This document shows positions 21,092 through 32,669 of a stretch of DNA of 64,000 bases, piece after piece. Both the position numbers and the translations under genes were made by a program. Source of the DNA: Tubiluchus corallicola (taxonomy: Eukaryota; Animalia; Priapulida); NCBI GenBank assembly GCA_030141605.1, contig JAQGDQ010002389.1, forward strand, positions 62,001 to 126,000, in the 5' to 3' direction. Position 1 is the first letter of the stretch, and every line of letters starts with the position of its first letter. The notes under the pieces are model-generated. The model did not search any database, was not told the origin of the DNA, and worked only from the letters and a program-made list of their open reading frames with translations.

Positions 21092-22252
21092 TCAGACCGG
21101 CAATTCCTGCTCAACTAACTGAACCCACCATGATGCTCCATACGGTAAAGCCTCGTCATTAAAATCAAAAGAAGGGCTGTGAAATTGGCTTTCCGGCCTT
21201 CCGGTTCCCAATAAAACATAACATCCCGGCTTTTCCTTCAACATCCATGAAAAATCTTCCGAGCCAAACACAGGATCCATTTGAGCTAATGCCTCCTCTC
21301 CCCACAAAGAAATAGCCGCGCGACGCGCGCATATTGTTTCTTTTTCCGTGTTAATCGTCGGAGGATAGTCTCGAATATACGTCATCTCACCCGTAACATT
21401 ATGGGCATGGCAAATTCCTTCGACAATTCTGCGCATGGATTCTTCAATTAAATCCTGATCCTTTAACGAAAAAGAACGTGTCGATCCTCTCAGCTCAACA
21501 GTATCAGGAATGATATTCTGAGCAGTCCCTCCCTGTAAATAGGTCACAGAAACAACAATAGGCTGCTCCATCGGATTAACACGGCGTGAGCAAATTGTCT
21601 GCAGCGATGTCACAATCTCCGCCGCAACAAGCAAAGGATCCCTACTCTTCCACGGAACAGCAGAATGCCCTCCCTGGCCTTTAACACGAATTGAAAAACT
21701 ATCCGCCGAAGCCATGATAGACCCCGCTACAATCCCCATCTTTCCTAAAGGAAAAAATGGCCAATTATGTAAACCATAAATAAAATCAACAGGAAAATGC
21801 TGAAACAATCCTTCCGAAACCATCTTCTTTCCTCCTGCATCCTCTTCCTCAGCAGGCTGGAAAATAAAACAAACCTTTCCTCGAAAATTCCCCCTTTCAG
21901 ATAAATATCGCGCCGCCGCCAATAACATGGCAATATGGCCATCATGACCACAAGCATGCATCTTGCCAGGAATAGATGACGCATAATCAAGACCGGTCTC
22001 TTCTGTCATATTTAAAGCATCTATATCAGCACGCAAACCAATAAAAGGGCCTTCCCCTCTCTTGAGAACACCTACAACTCCTGTACCCGCTAACCCTTCA
22101 TAAACACTGATCCCAAAACTGCGAAGCTTCTCAGCAATAAAAGAGGCAGTTTTATATTCCTCATACGCTGTCTCGGGGCAGTGATGAAAATGCTGCCGCC
22201 AAGAAGCTATTTCAGAATGTAATGAACACATATAATCAAAAATTTCCGACAT
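21092..22252 (-). CDS. M20D amidohydrolase (HipO/hippurate hydrolase-like)
   Basis: LRADIDAL, MHACGHDGH, FQPAEE, GSEDF, HSPSFDFND. Confidence 0.92.
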   Translation of the reverse strand: MSEIFDYMCSLHSEIASWRQHFHHCPETAYEEYKTASFIAEKLRSFGISVYEGLAGTGVVGVLKRGEGPFIGLRADIDALNMTEETGLDYASSIPGKMHACGHDGHIAMLLAAARYLSERGNFRGKVCFIFQPAEEEDAGGKKMVSEGLFQHFPVDFIYGLHNWPFFPLGKMGIVAGSIMASADSFSIRVKGQGGHSAVPWKSRDPLLVAAEIVTSLQTICSRRVNPMEQPIVVSVTYLQGGTAQNIIPDTVELRGSTRSFSLKDQDLIEESMRRIVEGICHAHNVTGEMTYIRDYPPTINTEKETICARRAAISLWGEEALAQMDPVFGSEDFSWMLKEKPGCYVLLGTGRPESQFHSPSFDFNDEALPYGASWWVQLVEQELPV

Positions 22253-22310
22253 TGCCAGATTCTCCCAAACAACTCCATAAAAATTACGCTCGCTTTATTC
22301 TTTAATATTC

Positions 22311-24173
22311 TTATAAACCATACCACATAGGAGCAAAAAATGTAAAAGAAAGCCAGATACAAAATAAAAGAGGTATCCCCGATACAAAAAAATCACTAAA
22401 ACGATAATGACCAACACCAAAAACCATTAAACTCGTCTGGTAACCAACCGGTGTCGCAAAGGCACAATTAGAAGCAAACATTACAGCAACAGCAAAAGGA
22501 ATAGGAGAAATCCCTAAGCTATTTGCCATCGCTATCGCTATTGGCGTAAATAAAACAGCACATGTCTGTGTACTGACAATATTCGTTATTAAAGCAACAA
22601 TTAAAAATAAAACAGATAAGTAAACCGTTGGGGAAGAATCGCTCAGATAATAACGCGCTATAGATGCCAGCCAATGCGCTCCTCCTGTTTCTTGAACAGC
22701 AAATCCCATCGCTAACGCTGCCGCCATAGAGGTAATAATCTTGCTGTCAATCGCTCTGACAGCTTGCTTAACCGTAAGAACACCCGTTAAAACCATACAT
22801 AACGCGCCCAGCATAGCAGACGTAACAAGAGGAAGAAAACCAAACGCCGCTAAACCAATCGCGCAAACAAAAATTAAAACCGCTTTTCTTAGCATCCAAA
22901 CCTTTGGGATAGGCCTTCTTGATTTATCCTTAACAATTGTTTCCTCAGCTTCTCGTAAACGGCGAATAGCTTCATACACTCCCTCAACTAACAATAAATC
23001 TCCCGCCTGAAGTTTAATATCGGAAATTTCTTCCTGAAGTAAACTATTTCGCCGCTGAACGGCCAAAACAATACAGGAAAACTCATGCTCAAAATTCGCT
23101 TCTCTTAATGTTTTCCCCACAAGCGATGAAGAGGGCTGAATAACAGCTTCTGCCAAAAGACGATCCTGCGGAAAAAGGGATGTCCTCACTCCCGTGACAT
23201 TAGAATGGCTGTGCAATAAAATGAAATTTTTAAACATCGCTCGCTCCAGAACCTCTCTGGAGGCAGAAACAATAACCGTATCATCCGGAGCAAGCTCCAA
23301 GCCATCAAAAGGAGCCGATAAACGTTTGTCCTTACGCAATATCATAACTAAACGAACATCTGGCATATCCGGCAAATGATTACCAAAAATTTTCTTGCCG
23401 ATAAAACTCGGGTTCGTCGATAAATCAACTTGTGCGATAAACTTGTCATTCTTCGGGCTTTCATCCAAAAGCGTCGAAGACATACCCAAACGTTCCGGCA
23501 AAATAAAAGGCATAGCAACAGTAATATAAAAAAATCCAACCATCGCCATAACCAGTCCCGGAACTGTAAAATCAAAAAAATGAAACGGCTGCTCTCCAAA
23601 CTCCACCATCGTAATTGATACTAAAATATTCGTCCCTGAACCCACAAGTGTCGTCATTCCACCAAAAACAGCCGAAAAACTCAGCGGCATCATAACTTTG
23701 GAAACAGAAATATTATACTGTTGCGCTATTGATTGCATAACAGGAATAAAAATCATCACGACCGGTATATTATTTAAAAAAGCGCTCGCAACCATAACAC
23801 ATATCAAACACAGTAAAATCGATAGGGTCGGAGTCTCTTTTCCCACCTGTAAAACACAGCGCGATAAAGCATCAAGAGCCCCCGTTACCATTAAACCACG
23901 TCCTATAATCAATAACGCCATAATCGCAATAACAGCAGGACTCGCAAAACCATGCAGTAAACGGCCCGCGCCTAAAAGATTGTCGCCCGTAGCATCCTGA
24001 ATCGGATAAATATGAAAAACAACCATCAGAACGATTACAATCCCAATAGACACGATCTCTATAGGCCACCGATCCGTCGCATAAACAGCTAAGGCAGATA
24101 AAACGATAAACCAGGTCATCCCCATTTCAAACGTCATTTCCATAAAAAATCCTTGTATTCTCTCTGCGTACAC
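22311..24173 (-). CDS. SLC13/CitT-family permease with TrkA-C (RCK_C) domains
   Basis: SAFLNN, GGMTTLVGSGTN, central TrkA-C repeats, FATPVGYQT. The true start may be a slightly downstream ATG. Confidence 0.9.
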   Translation of the reverse strand: MYAERIQGFFMEMTFEMGMTWFIVLSALAVYATDRWPIEIVSIGIVIVLMVVFHIYPIQDATGDNLLGAGRLLHGFASPAVIAIMALLIIGRGLMVTGALDALSRCVLQVGKETPTLSILLCLICVMVASAFLNNIPVVMIFIPVMQSIAQQYNISVSKVMMPLSFSAVFGGMTTLVGSGTNILVSITMVEFGEQPFHFFDFTVPGLVMAMVGFFYITVAMPFILPERLGMSSTLLDESPKNDKFIAQVDLSTNPSFIGKKIFGNHLPDMPDVRLVMILRKDKRLSAPFDGLELAPDDTVIVSASREVLERAMFKNFILLHSHSNVTGVRTSLFPQDRLLAEAVIQPSSSLVGKTLREANFEHEFSCIVLAVQRRNSLLQEEISDIKLQAGDLLLVEGVYEAIRRLREAEETIVKDKSRRPIPKVWMLRKAVLIFVCAIGLAAFGFLPLVTSAMLGALCMVLTGVLTVKQAVRAIDSKIITSMAAALAMGFAVQETGGAHWLASIARYYLSDSSPTVYLSVLFLIVALITNIVSTQTCAVLFTPIAIAMANSLGISPIPFAVAVMFASNCAFATPVGYQTSLMVFGVGHYRFSDFFVSGIPLLFCIWLSFTFFAPMWYGL

Positions 24174-24238
24174 AATCGATTTTTATCACTGTATCATCTT
24201 GACAATAGCTTACAGGCTTCTTTAACTTTCTCAAAAAT

Positions 24239-24267
24239 TTGACAAAGCTATTTTCGTATGACACAGT
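24239..24267 (+). promoter_or_regulatory. Candidate sigma70 promoter for ilvD-glpK
   Basis: TTGACA (24239)-N17-CACAGT; a second TTGACA at 24199. Confidence 0.4.
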
Positions 24268-24317
24268 TTTTTATAACTTATTATAAAAACAAAAAAAAGT
24301 AAATCATGGAGATTACA

Positions 24318-26171
24318 ATGCCTCAATATCGCTCTTATACGTCAACACAAGGAAAAAAAATGGCAGGTGCACGAAGCCTCTGGCGAGCAACAGGCGTAAA
24401 ACAGGAAGATTTTGGAAAGCCTATTATTGCTGTGGTGAACTCTTTCACACAATTTGTTCCAGGACATGTTCATCTCAAAAATATCGGAGATATTGTCGCA
24501 CAGGAAATTTATCAAAATGGCGCAGTTCCCCGAGAATTCAATACAATCGCTATTGATGATGGGATCGCGATGGGGCATGAGGGAATGCTCTATAGTCTCC
24601 CTTCTCGAGATCTCATAGCCGATTCTATCGAATATATGATCAATGCCCATTGTGTAGATGCGATGGTGTGTATTTCTAATTGTGATAAAATTACACCAGG
24701 AATGATGATGGCCGCCATGCGACTGAATATCCCCACTATCTTTGTTTCTGGCGGACCTATGGAATCAGGGAAAATGCAGCTGGAAAATGGCGAGAATATA
24801 AAAATAGATCTCATTGATGCCATGACACAAGCCGCTCGAGATGATATCAGCGATACAGAACTACAAAATTACGAGCAGAACGCATGTCCAACATGTGGCT
24901 CATGTTCTGGCATGTTTACAGCAAACTCAATGAACTGCCTTGCCGAAGCTTTAGGACTCGCTCTTCCCGGAAACGGAACACTCCTAGCCACACATGAAGA
25001 TCGAAAAACACTCTTTCAAAAAGCTGGCGAAAAAATTGTCTCCCTGACAAAACGCTATTATGAAAATGATGATCTTTCCGCTTTACCGCGCTCTATCGCA
25101 TGCCTGGAAAGTTTCCATAACGCCATGAAACTTGATATCGCTATGGGAGGATCAACCAATACAGTCCTTCATCTGCTTGCTATTGCACAGGAAGGAAACA
25201 TATCTTTCTCCATGAACGATATTGATACACTCTCAAAGGAAATCCCTCACTTATGCCAAGTCGCCCCTTCAGGAAATCAATGGCATATAGAAGATGTTCA
25301 CCGTGCAGGCGGCATTATGGCGATCCTCGGAGAACTCGATCGCGCAGGTCTTCTCAATACAAATGTTTCGACAAGTTATGAAACAAATCTAAAAGATGCT
25401 CTTCGAAAATGGGATATTCAGCAAACAAACAATCCTCATATCCAGCAGTTCTATAAAGCCGCACCCGGAAGAATAAAAACAAAAACACCATTCTCTCAAA
25501 ACAAACGGTGGGATACACTGGATACAGACCGCAAAAAGGGATGCATACGCGATGTCTCTCATGCCTATAGCCCAGAAGGAGGACTCGCCGTGCTGTTTGG
25601 AAATATCGCAAAGCAAGGATGCCTCGTCAAAACAGCCGGTGTTGATCCTTCAATGCTTGAGTTTACAGGCACTGTCTGCGTTTTTGATAGTCAAGAGAGC
25701 GCTACCGAGGCTATTCTTAACGGAACTGTGCAAGCTGGCCATCTGGTCGTCATTCGCTATGAAGGACCTCAAGGAGGGCCTGGCATGCAGGAAATGCTCT
25801 ATCCCACAAGCTACTTAAAATCCATGAATCTGGATAAAGTATGCGCTCTGCTGACAGATGGACGTTTCTCTGGCGGAACCTCCGGACTCTCAATCGGCCA
25901 TATCTCACCGGAAGCTGCTGACAAAGGCGATGTAGCGCTTTTAAAAAACGGTGATATAATCACAATTAATATTCCAGAGCGTTCGCTGAACGTTCATTTG
26001 TCAGAAAATATATTGAAAGAACGACGAGAAATAATGGAAAATATGAAAGACAAAGCATGGAAACCAGTTCGAAAGCGTACGGTTTCTCCCGCGCTGAGGC
26101 TCTGGGCATACGCAGCAAGCAGCGCAGACAAAGGAGCTGCCCGTAATATTCAAAAACTCAAACAGCTATAA
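24318..26171 (+). CDS. ilvD: Dihydroxy-acid dehydratase
   Basis: [65 protein letters not shown] favours ATG 24318 over 24306. Confidence 0.98.
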   Translation: MPQYRSYTSTQGKKMAGARSLWRATGVKQEDFGKPIIAVVNSFTQFVPGHVHLKNIGDIVAQEIYQNGAVPREFNTIAIDDGIAMGHEGMLYSLPSRDLIADSIEYMINAHCVDAMVCISNCDKITPGMMMAAMRLNIPTIFVSGGPMESGKMQLENGENIKIDLIDAMTQAARDDISDTELQNYEQNACPTCGSCSGMFTANSMNCLAEALGLALPGNGTLLATHEDRKTLFQKAGEKIVSLTKRYYENDDLSALPRSIACLESFHNAMKLDIAMGGSTNTVLHLLAIAQEGNISFSMNDIDTLSKEIPHLCQVAPSGNQWHIEDVHRAGGIMAILGELDRAGLLNTNVSTSYETNLKDALRKWDIQQTNNPHIQQFYKAAPGRIKTKTPFSQNKRWDTLDTDRKKGCIRDVSHAYSPEGGLAVLFGNIAKQGCLVKTAGVDPSMLEFTGTVCVFDSQESATEAILNGTVQAGHLVVIRYEGPQGGPGMQEMLYPTSYLKSMNLDKVCALLTDGRFSGGTSGLSIGHISPEAADKGDVALLKNGDIITINIPERSLNVHLSENILKERREIMENMKDKAWKPVRKRTVSPALRLWAYAASSADKGAARNIQKLKQL

Positions 26172-26220
26172 AATAAAAAGAACCAATTTCAAAAAACATT
26201 ATTAACAAGGGATATAAAAA

Positions 26221-27786
26221 ATGGCAGAGAAAAAATACATTGTTGCACTCGATCAAGGCACAACAAGTTCACGCGCTATCATTTTCAACCGCCAAGGAGA
26301 AATAGTCTCTGTTGCTCAAGAAGAGTTTACACAGTTTTTTCCTCAACCTTCCTATATGGAGCATGATCCAGAGGAAATTTTTTCCTCACAGCTTAATGTT
26401 CTTAAAAATGCTTTAAAAGACGCGCGTATTTCTCCTTCAGAAATCCAAGCTATCGGAATTACAAACCAAAGAGAAACCGTTATCCTATGGGATAAAATTA
26501 CCGGAAAACCCCTCTATAACGCTCTTGTGTGGCAAGACAAGCGAAGTACCGGAGTTTGCCAGACCTTAACAGAAAACGACTTTGGCCATGTCTTTACGAA
26601 AAAAACAGGCCTGCTTATCGATCCTTACTTCTCCGGCACAAAAATTCACTGGCTTTTAAAAAATATTCCTGAAATCCAGGAAAAAGCAAACAAAGAAGAG
26701 TTGCTATTTGGCACTGTAGACAGTTGGCTAGTATGGAAATTAACTAACGGACAAATCCACGTTACCGACGAAACAAATGCAAGCCGTACTCTCCTTTACA
26801 ATATTCATACAGGAGAATGGGATTCCGAGCTCCTCAATATTCTCCAGATTCCCTACTCCATTCTTCCTGAAGTTCGCTCTTCTTCCGAAATCGTCGGTTT
26901 CTGCGCTAAAGATATCCTTGGTGAAGAGATTCCCATAGCAGGTATCGCCGGTGATCAGCATGCAGCAATATTCGGAAATAACTGCTTTCACGCAGGGGAA
27001 ATCAAAAATACCTACGGAACAGGTTGCTTTATTCTTATGAATACAGGAGAACAAATCGCGCAATCACACAATAACCTCCTTTCAACCATCGCATGGTCCA
27101 GAAATAAAAAACGTGTTTTTGCCCTAGAAGGAAGTGTCTTCATGGGAGGCGCTATCATCCAATGGCTTCGAGATGGCCTTAAAATCATTAAAAATGCTTC
27201 TGAAATTGAACCTCTCGCAAAAAGTGTCCCGAATAACGGTGGCGTCTATTTTGTCCCCGCTTTCGCCGGCCTGGGTGCACCTCATTGGGACACATACGCA
27301 AGAGGAACTATCATCGGTATGACACGAGGAACAACGCAAGGGCATATTGCCAGAGCAGCCCTTGAAGCCATCGCCTACCAGAGCGCCGATGTCCTTAATG
27401 CCATGCAAAAAGACGCAAAAACTCCTCTTTCAACTATCAGAGTCGACGGAGGCGCCGCAAAAAACAATTTCCTTATGCAATTTCAAGCCGATATTCTCGG
27501 TCTTCTAATAGAACGACCAAAAATTACAGAAACAACAGCATTCGGAGCCGCGTGTCTCGCCGGTCTCGCAACAAAATTCTGGGAAAATGAAGAAGAAATA
27601 CAAAGCCTGTGGAAACTCGATCGGCAATTTACCCCTGCTTTCTCTGAACAAGAACGCTCCTTTCTTATAGAGCGTTGGCACGACGCTGTTGACAGAACAA
27701 AAGGATTTGCCAAACCTTCAGCCACCTCCATAAGCTCCGTTGAAAATATTCATGAAAATTCTTCAAAAAAATATGAAATCGCTTGA
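26221..27786 (+). CDS. glpK: Glycerol kinase
   Basis: LDQGTTSSR, GITNQRET, DPYFSGTK, TNASRT, GDQ, KNTYGTGCF, VPAFAGLGAP. Confidence 0.97.
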   Translation: MAEKKYIVALDQGTTSSRAIIFNRQGEIVSVAQEEFTQFFPQPSYMEHDPEEIFSSQLNVLKNALKDARISPSEIQAIGITNQRETVILWDKITGKPLYNALVWQDKRSTGVCQTLTENDFGHVFTKKTGLLIDPYFSGTKIHWLLKNIPEIQEKANKEELLFGTVDSWLVWKLTNGQIHVTDETNASRTLLYNIHTGEWDSELLNILQIPYSILPEVRSSSEIVGFCAKDILGEEIPIAGIAGDQHAAIFGNNCFHAGEIKNTYGTGCFILMNTGEQIAQSHNNLLSTIAWSRNKKRVFALEGSVFMGGAIIQWLRDGLKIIKNASEIEPLAKSVPNNGGVYFVPAFAGLGAPHWDTYARGTIIGMTRGTTQGHIARAALEAIAYQSADVLNAMQKDAKTPLSTIRVDGGAAKNNFLMQFQADILGLLIERPKITETTAFGAACLAGLATKFWENEEEIQSLWKLDRQFTPAFSEQERSFLIERWHDAVDRTKGFAKPSATSISSVENIHENSSKKYEIA

Positions 27787-27881
27787 AATTACTTAAATGC
27801 AAGATAAATACTATAGCGTATCCACTTTATATTTTTAATTTAAAAGAACTTTTTAACGACAAATAAAAGAGGTTTGAACGA

Positions 27882-29768
27882 ATGTCAAAAACAACTTTCT
27901 CATTTCAAGCGGAAGTCAGTAAATTGCTTGAAATTGTCGCGAAATCCCTATATAGTCAAAAGGAAATCTTTCTTCGAGAGCTTATTTCCAATGCTTCAGA
28001 CGCCTGCGATCGTCTGCGCTATGAACGGCTGACTTCTCAAGATCTAGAGAAAAATACACAGCCCTTACAAATCACAATCAGCCGAAATACAGAAAAAAAA
28101 CAGCTCATCATTTCCGATAACGGTATCGGAATGAATAAAGATGAGTTGATCCAAACCTTAGGAACAATCGCTAACTCTGGAACACAAGCCTTTCTTGAAA
28201 GACTAAAAACCGCAGAAACAAAAGATATCGGATTGATTGGGCAATTTGGCGTTGGTTTTTATTCTGCTTTCATTGTCTCAGATCACGTAGAAGTGATCAC
28301 AAAAAAAGCAAACGACGCAGAAGCATGGAAATGGATCTCCGATGGAAAAAGCGATTTTTCTATCGAATCTGCAGAACGCCAATCCTGTGGCACAGATATC
28401 ATTTTACACTTACGCGGTGATTCAGAAGAGTTCCTTGACTCCGCACGGATATCACATGTTGTCAAAAGTTGGTCAGAACATATCAGCTTCCCTATTTGCC
28501 TAAAAGGAGATAATGACGAAAAAGATGAGACTCTCAATCAAGGAATAACCCTCTGGACACAAGCAAAAGAAAATATCACACCAGAACAATATAAAGAGTT
28601 TTACCATCACGTCGCTCATACATGGGATGAGCCATGGATGACTATTCACAATAAAGTTGAAGGCATTTTAGAATATATCAATCTTCTTTTTATTCCCTCA
28701 ACACGCCCCTTTGATCTTTTTGAGCCCGAGCGCGCTCACCATCTAAAACTGTATGTAAAACGAATTTTTATTACGGAAAATTGCGAAGGCTTAATTCCTA
28801 AATGGCTGCGCTTTGTCTACGGAATCGTCGATAGCGAAGACTTAAAACTCAATATCAGCCGCGAGATGCTACAGGATGATCCAAGAATCGCTAAGATCAG
28901 ACAAGCCCTTACACGCCGAGTCCTTGATGATCTGAAGAAAAAAGCAACCAGTTCTGAAGAAGAGTATGCAAAATTTTGGAATAACTTCGGCGCCGTCCTA
29001 AAAGAAGGCCTGTACGAAGATATCACATGGCGGTTGCAAATCCTTGAACTCTGCCGCTTCCACAGTACAGCAAACGATACTTTAAACAGCTTTGATGACT
29101 ATATCTCCCGTATGAAAGAAAACCAAAAAGAGATTTACTATATTACCGGAGAAGATATGGAATCAGCCATCAACAGCCCACAACTTGAAGGGTTTAAATC
29201 CAGAGGGATCGAAGTTCTTATCTTCACCGACCCTGTTGATGAATTTTGGGCTCCATCCTTAGGAAGTTACAAAGAGTTTAAACTCCATTCCGTCACACGA
29301 GGCGATACCCCTTCCCTAGAAGAAACATCCTCTGAAAATACAGATGAAGACAGTAAAAAACAAGAAGAAAAAGAAACACAAGAGGAGCTCTCTTCACTGA
29401 TCGATACCCTTAAGAAAACTCTGAAAGACCATATTAAAGATGTTCGCCTATCAAAACGCCTAGTTGACAGCCCTGCGTGTATTGTCTCCTCTGAAGACAA
29501 TGTCGATATGCGGCTAGGAAGGTTGTTGCAGCAATATCACAAAGATAAACAAAACAGAATCGGCCACTATATCCTAGAAATTAACCCAGACCACGCTTTA
29601 ACACGCTATCTGATAAAATGTAATCAGAAAGAACAAAATGATTATCTGAAAGATTGCGCATGGGCTCTTCTTGATGTCGCTCTTATCGCTGAAGGAGAAC
29701 AGATCACAGATCCAAAAGCATTCTCTCAGAGAATGCAGCGCTTTATTTGCGCTTCCTCTTCTCTTTAA
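27882..29768 (+). CDS. htpG: Hsp90 chaperone HtpG
   Basis: FQAEV, IFLRELISNASDA, DNGIGM, IGQFGVGFYS, LNISREMLQ. Confidence 0.98.
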   Translation: MSKTTFSFQAEVSKLLEIVAKSLYSQKEIFLRELISNASDACDRLRYERLTSQDLEKNTQPLQITISRNTEKKQLIISDNGIGMNKDELIQTLGTIANSGTQAFLERLKTAETKDIGLIGQFGVGFYSAFIVSDHVEVITKKANDAEAWKWISDGKSDFSIESAERQSCGTDIILHLRGDSEEFLDSARISHVVKSWSEHISFPICLKGDNDEKDETLNQGITLWTQAKENITPEQYKEFYHHVAHTWDEPWMTIHNKVEGILEYINLLFIPSTRPFDLFEPERAHHLKLYVKRIFITENCEGLIPKWLRFVYGIVDSEDLKLNISREMLQDDPRIAKIRQALTRRVLDDLKKKATSSEEEYAKFWNNFGAVLKEGLYEDITWRLQILELCRFHSTANDTLNSFDDYISRMKENQKEIYYITGEDMESAINSPQLEGFKSRGIEVLIFTDPVDEFWAPSLGSYKEFKLHSVTRGDTPSLEETSSENTDEDSKKQEEKETQEELSSLIDTLKKTLKDHIKDVRLSKRLVDSPACIVSSEDNVDMRLGRLLQQYHKDKQNRIGHYILEINPDHALTRYLIKCNQKEQNDYLKDCAWALLDVALIAEGEQITDPKAFSQRMQRFICASSSL

Positions 29769-29790
29769 AGCGGCTTAAACAGTACAATTA

Positions 29791-29827
29791 TATTTCTGGC
29801 GCATCATTAATCGATGCGTCAGAAATA
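29791..29827. terminator. Bidirectional terminator hairpin between htpG and the convergent nucleosidase
   Basis: TATTTCTGGCGCATC-ATTAATC-GATGCGTCAGAAATA: 15-bp arms with one G-U pair. Confidence 0.8.
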
Positions 29828-29840
29828 CTGCCTCTTCCCT

Positions 29841-30416
29841 CTAAATCTTCTGCTCGATTAACCTATAAGCTTCCAAAAGCTTCCGAGCGCCTTCATCAAG
29901 CGCTTTATCCCAACTTTCCGCCGCTTGCCCATCTGCGCCATCAGAAACATATTTCACACAATAAAATGGAATCTCTTCCCGGGCACAAATACGCGCAAGC
30001 GCATAAGCTTCCATATCGACAACTGTGTAAACATCCATAGAAGCAGATATATCAAAATTATCACCTGTTCCACAAATCGCTTCCTGAAAAACATTAAGGC
30101 GAACGCCATATTCAAAAATCCTTGGTGTTTCTTCCGCAGGAGTCTGCCAGCATTCATAACCCAAAGGCGTCGCGTCCATATCACGCTGAATAAATTGTGT
30201 ACAATTCACAAGCGTGCCCGCAGGAAACACACTGCTTCCTACTGTTCCTAAATTAACAACATAAGAAGGGCGGCACGTAAACAGTGCTTTTGTCAAACAA
30301 TATGCAGCATTAACTTTTCCAACTCCAGTATATAAGATATCGATCCCAGATTCATGAAAATATGGGCCGCTTTCAGCAGGTAGCGCCTTGACAATACATA
30401 TCTTTTTATCAACCAT
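29841..30416 (-). CDS. MTA/SAH nucleosidase-like nucleoside phosphorylase-fold protein
   Basis: ALPAE, TGVGKVNAA, NLGTVGS, TGDNF, VDMEAYAL, KYVSDGAD. Confidence 0.88.
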   Translation of the reverse strand: MVDKKICIVKALPAESGPYFHESGIDILYTGVGKVNAAYCLTKALFTCRPSYVVNLGTVGSSVFPAGTLVNCTQFIQRDMDATPLGYECWQTPAEETPRIFEYGVRLNVFQEAICGTGDNFDISASMDVYTVVDMEAYALARICAREEIPFYCVKYVSDGADGQAAESWDKALDEGARKLLEAYRLIEQKI

Positions 30417-30658
30417 TTTCCTCCCTTCCTTTCTATCATCATATCTTCACGCTATTCTCTTTGTAAAATACCTATAAAGCAATAAAAAATATCCCTTATA
30501 ATAAATATAAAATTGAGAACATAGCAGGAAACATAATTTTATTTTAAAATAAATAGATCCAAGCTTATACTATAGGATTGAAAAAGAAATCGTAAAAACA
30601 GTTTCTCAACCACCATTGCAAACTTTATTAACCAGCTTTATATTTCGAAAGTATCTCC

Positions 30659-32656
30659 ATGGAAAATACAGTATTAACACAAGAACAAACTGAAATTTTA
30701 ACAGCAATCGCCGCTTCAAATATACAACAGTTAACACCGAATCATTTTTCTCTCTTAAATCCGCAAATACCCTACAATGAAGACCATCAAAGCGCCCTTC
30801 AGAAAATGTATGACAACTGGAGAGAAAAACTTATGGCACACTGGCAAGATAAACCCTCTACGCAAGAGCGCTTAGCCACTTTACGTACATTGATGAAAAA
30901 AGAAAATATACACGCTTTAATTATTCCTCAAAGCGACCCTTATCAAAATGAATATTTACCACTCCATGCCATGCGACTCGCCTGGATGACCAATTTCACA
31001 GGCTCTTTTGGAATCGCAATTGTTCTAGAAGATACAGCCGCTATCTTTGTCGATGGGCGTTATATTATTCAAGTTCGTAAAGAAGTCGATCCGAACAGCT
31101 TTTCCTGCTATCACCATATAACCACTCCTCCCGATCAGTGGCTAAAAGAACAGCTGAAAGAAAAAATGAATGTAGGATTCGATCCATGGCTTCATACTCC
31201 CAATAATTTAAAAACTTTCAAAAAAGCCTGCGAGGAAAAAAAAGCACTCCTTACTCCAACATCTCATAATCTTATTGATAAGATCAGAACAGCTCCTCCT
31301 CCTCCCTTAGGACCTGTTTTCTGCCACCCAATTCCCTATAGCGGAAAAACAGTAGAGGAAAAAATAGCAATTCTCTTACCAAAATTAAAAGAAAACAATA
31401 TACAGACAGCCTTCTTCAATAGCCCAGAATCAATCGCATGGCTCCTGAATATACGAGGAAGTGACATTCCATATATCCCTCTACCGCTCAGCTTCGCATT
31501 TCTTGATCACCATGGCCAGGTGACATTACTGATTGATCAACGAAAAATCACCCGTGAATGCCAGGAAAACCTTCCTGACTGTATTAAAATCCTTCCTGAA
31601 TCCGCTCTCTCTGATATTTTCCATGAGCTTGGCAAAAATAAAAAAACAGTCGCTCTTGATCCTTCAAAAGTTCCTTGCTATATCTTTTCGGCGCTGGAAA
31701 ATTATGGCGCCTCTATCATTCCTATGAGCGATCCGACAACCTTTCCTAAAGCCATTAAAAACAAAACTGAAATTAATGGAGCAAAAGTTGCGCATATCAA
31801 AGACGGTATCGCGATGGTGCGATTTCTTTGTTGGCTCGAACACCACAATAACAAAGATATAATCACTGAGATAGATGCTGCAAGAAAAGCAGAATTCTTC
31901 CGTTCCCAACAGAAAAACTTCCAGGGCCTCTCCTTTGAAACAATCTCCGCCGTTGGAGAAAATGGCGCTATATGCCACTATCGAGTAACCTCAGAAAATA
32001 ACAAAAGTTTTCAAAAACAAACTCTCTATCTGATTGATAGCGGAGGGCAATATTCTGAGGGAACAACCGACATAACACGTACAATCGCGCTCTCTTCACC
32101 CTCTGAATCTTTAAAAACAAACTTCACTCTGGTCTTAAAAGCTCATATTGCTCTAGCAAGAGCAAAATTCCCAAAAGGAACATGCGGAACAGCCCTAGAT
32201 GGAATCACACGATACCCGCTATGGCAACACGGATATGACTATGATCATGGAACAGGACACGGGATTGGAAGCTTCCTGGGCGTCCATGAAGGACCCCAAA
32301 GGATTGCCAAACAATCCGCCATAGCCCCTCTTGAGCCAGGAATGCTCCTTTCTAACGAGCCTGGAATCTATAAAGAAAACGACTATGGTATACGAACTGA
32401 AAACATCATGCTTGTTGTTGAGGACTCCTCTTATGACGAAACAAACCCTCTTAAAAAACAAATGCTCACTTTTGAAACCTTAACCCTTGTTCCAATTGAT
32501 TATCGCTTAATCTCCACACATATGCTTTCTAAAGAAGAAGTCAACTGGATTGATGCCTACCATAAACGTATTTACGAAATACTCCTTCCAGAACTAAAAG
32601 AACCACAGGAAAAAGAATGGCTTTTTAACGTAACACGCCCTTTGCAATTATTATAA
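30659..32656 (+). CDS. Xaa-Pro aminopeptidase (aminopeptidase P, M24B)
   Basis: FVDGRY, WLLNIRG, DSGGQY, GTTDITRT, HGTGHGIG, VHEGP, SNEPG, GIRTEN; about 65-aa N-terminal extension. Confidence 0.95.
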   Translation: MENTVLTQEQTEILTAIAASNIQQLTPNHFSLLNPQIPYNEDHQSALQKMYDNWREKLMAHWQDKPSTQERLATLRTLMKKENIHALIIPQSDPYQNEYLPLHAMRLAWMTNFTGSFGIAIVLEDTAAIFVDGRYIIQVRKEVDPNSFSCYHHITTPPDQWLKEQLKEKMNVGFDPWLHTPNNLKTFKKACEEKKALLTPTSHNLIDKIRTAPPPPLGPVFCHPIPYSGKTVEEKIAILLPKLKENNIQTAFFNSPESIAWLLNIRGSDIPYIPLPLSFAFLDHHGQVTLLIDQRKITRECQENLPDCIKILPESALSDIFHELGKNKKTVALDPSKVPCYIFSALENYGASIIPMSDPTTFPKAIKNKTEINGAKVAHIKDGIAMVRFLCWLEHHNNKDIITEIDAARKAEFFRSQQKNFQGLSFETISAVGENGAICHYRVTSENNKSFQKQTLYLIDSGGQYSEGTTDITRTIALSSPSESLKTNFTLVLKAHIALARAKFPKGTCGTALDGITRYPLWQHGYDYDHGTGHGIGSFLGVHEGPQRIAKQSAIAPLEPGMLLSNEPGIYKENDYGIRTENIMLVVEDSSYDETNPLKKQMLTFETLTLVPIDYRLISTHMLSKEEVNWIDAYHKRIYEILLPELKEPQEKEWLFNVTRPLQLL

Positions 32657-32669
32657 GAGATCTCCTCCC

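Noticed and set aside
27782-27816. Possible RpoH promoter (CTTGAA) for htpG
   Set aside because: No CCCCAT/CCTAT-like -10 at suitable spacing.
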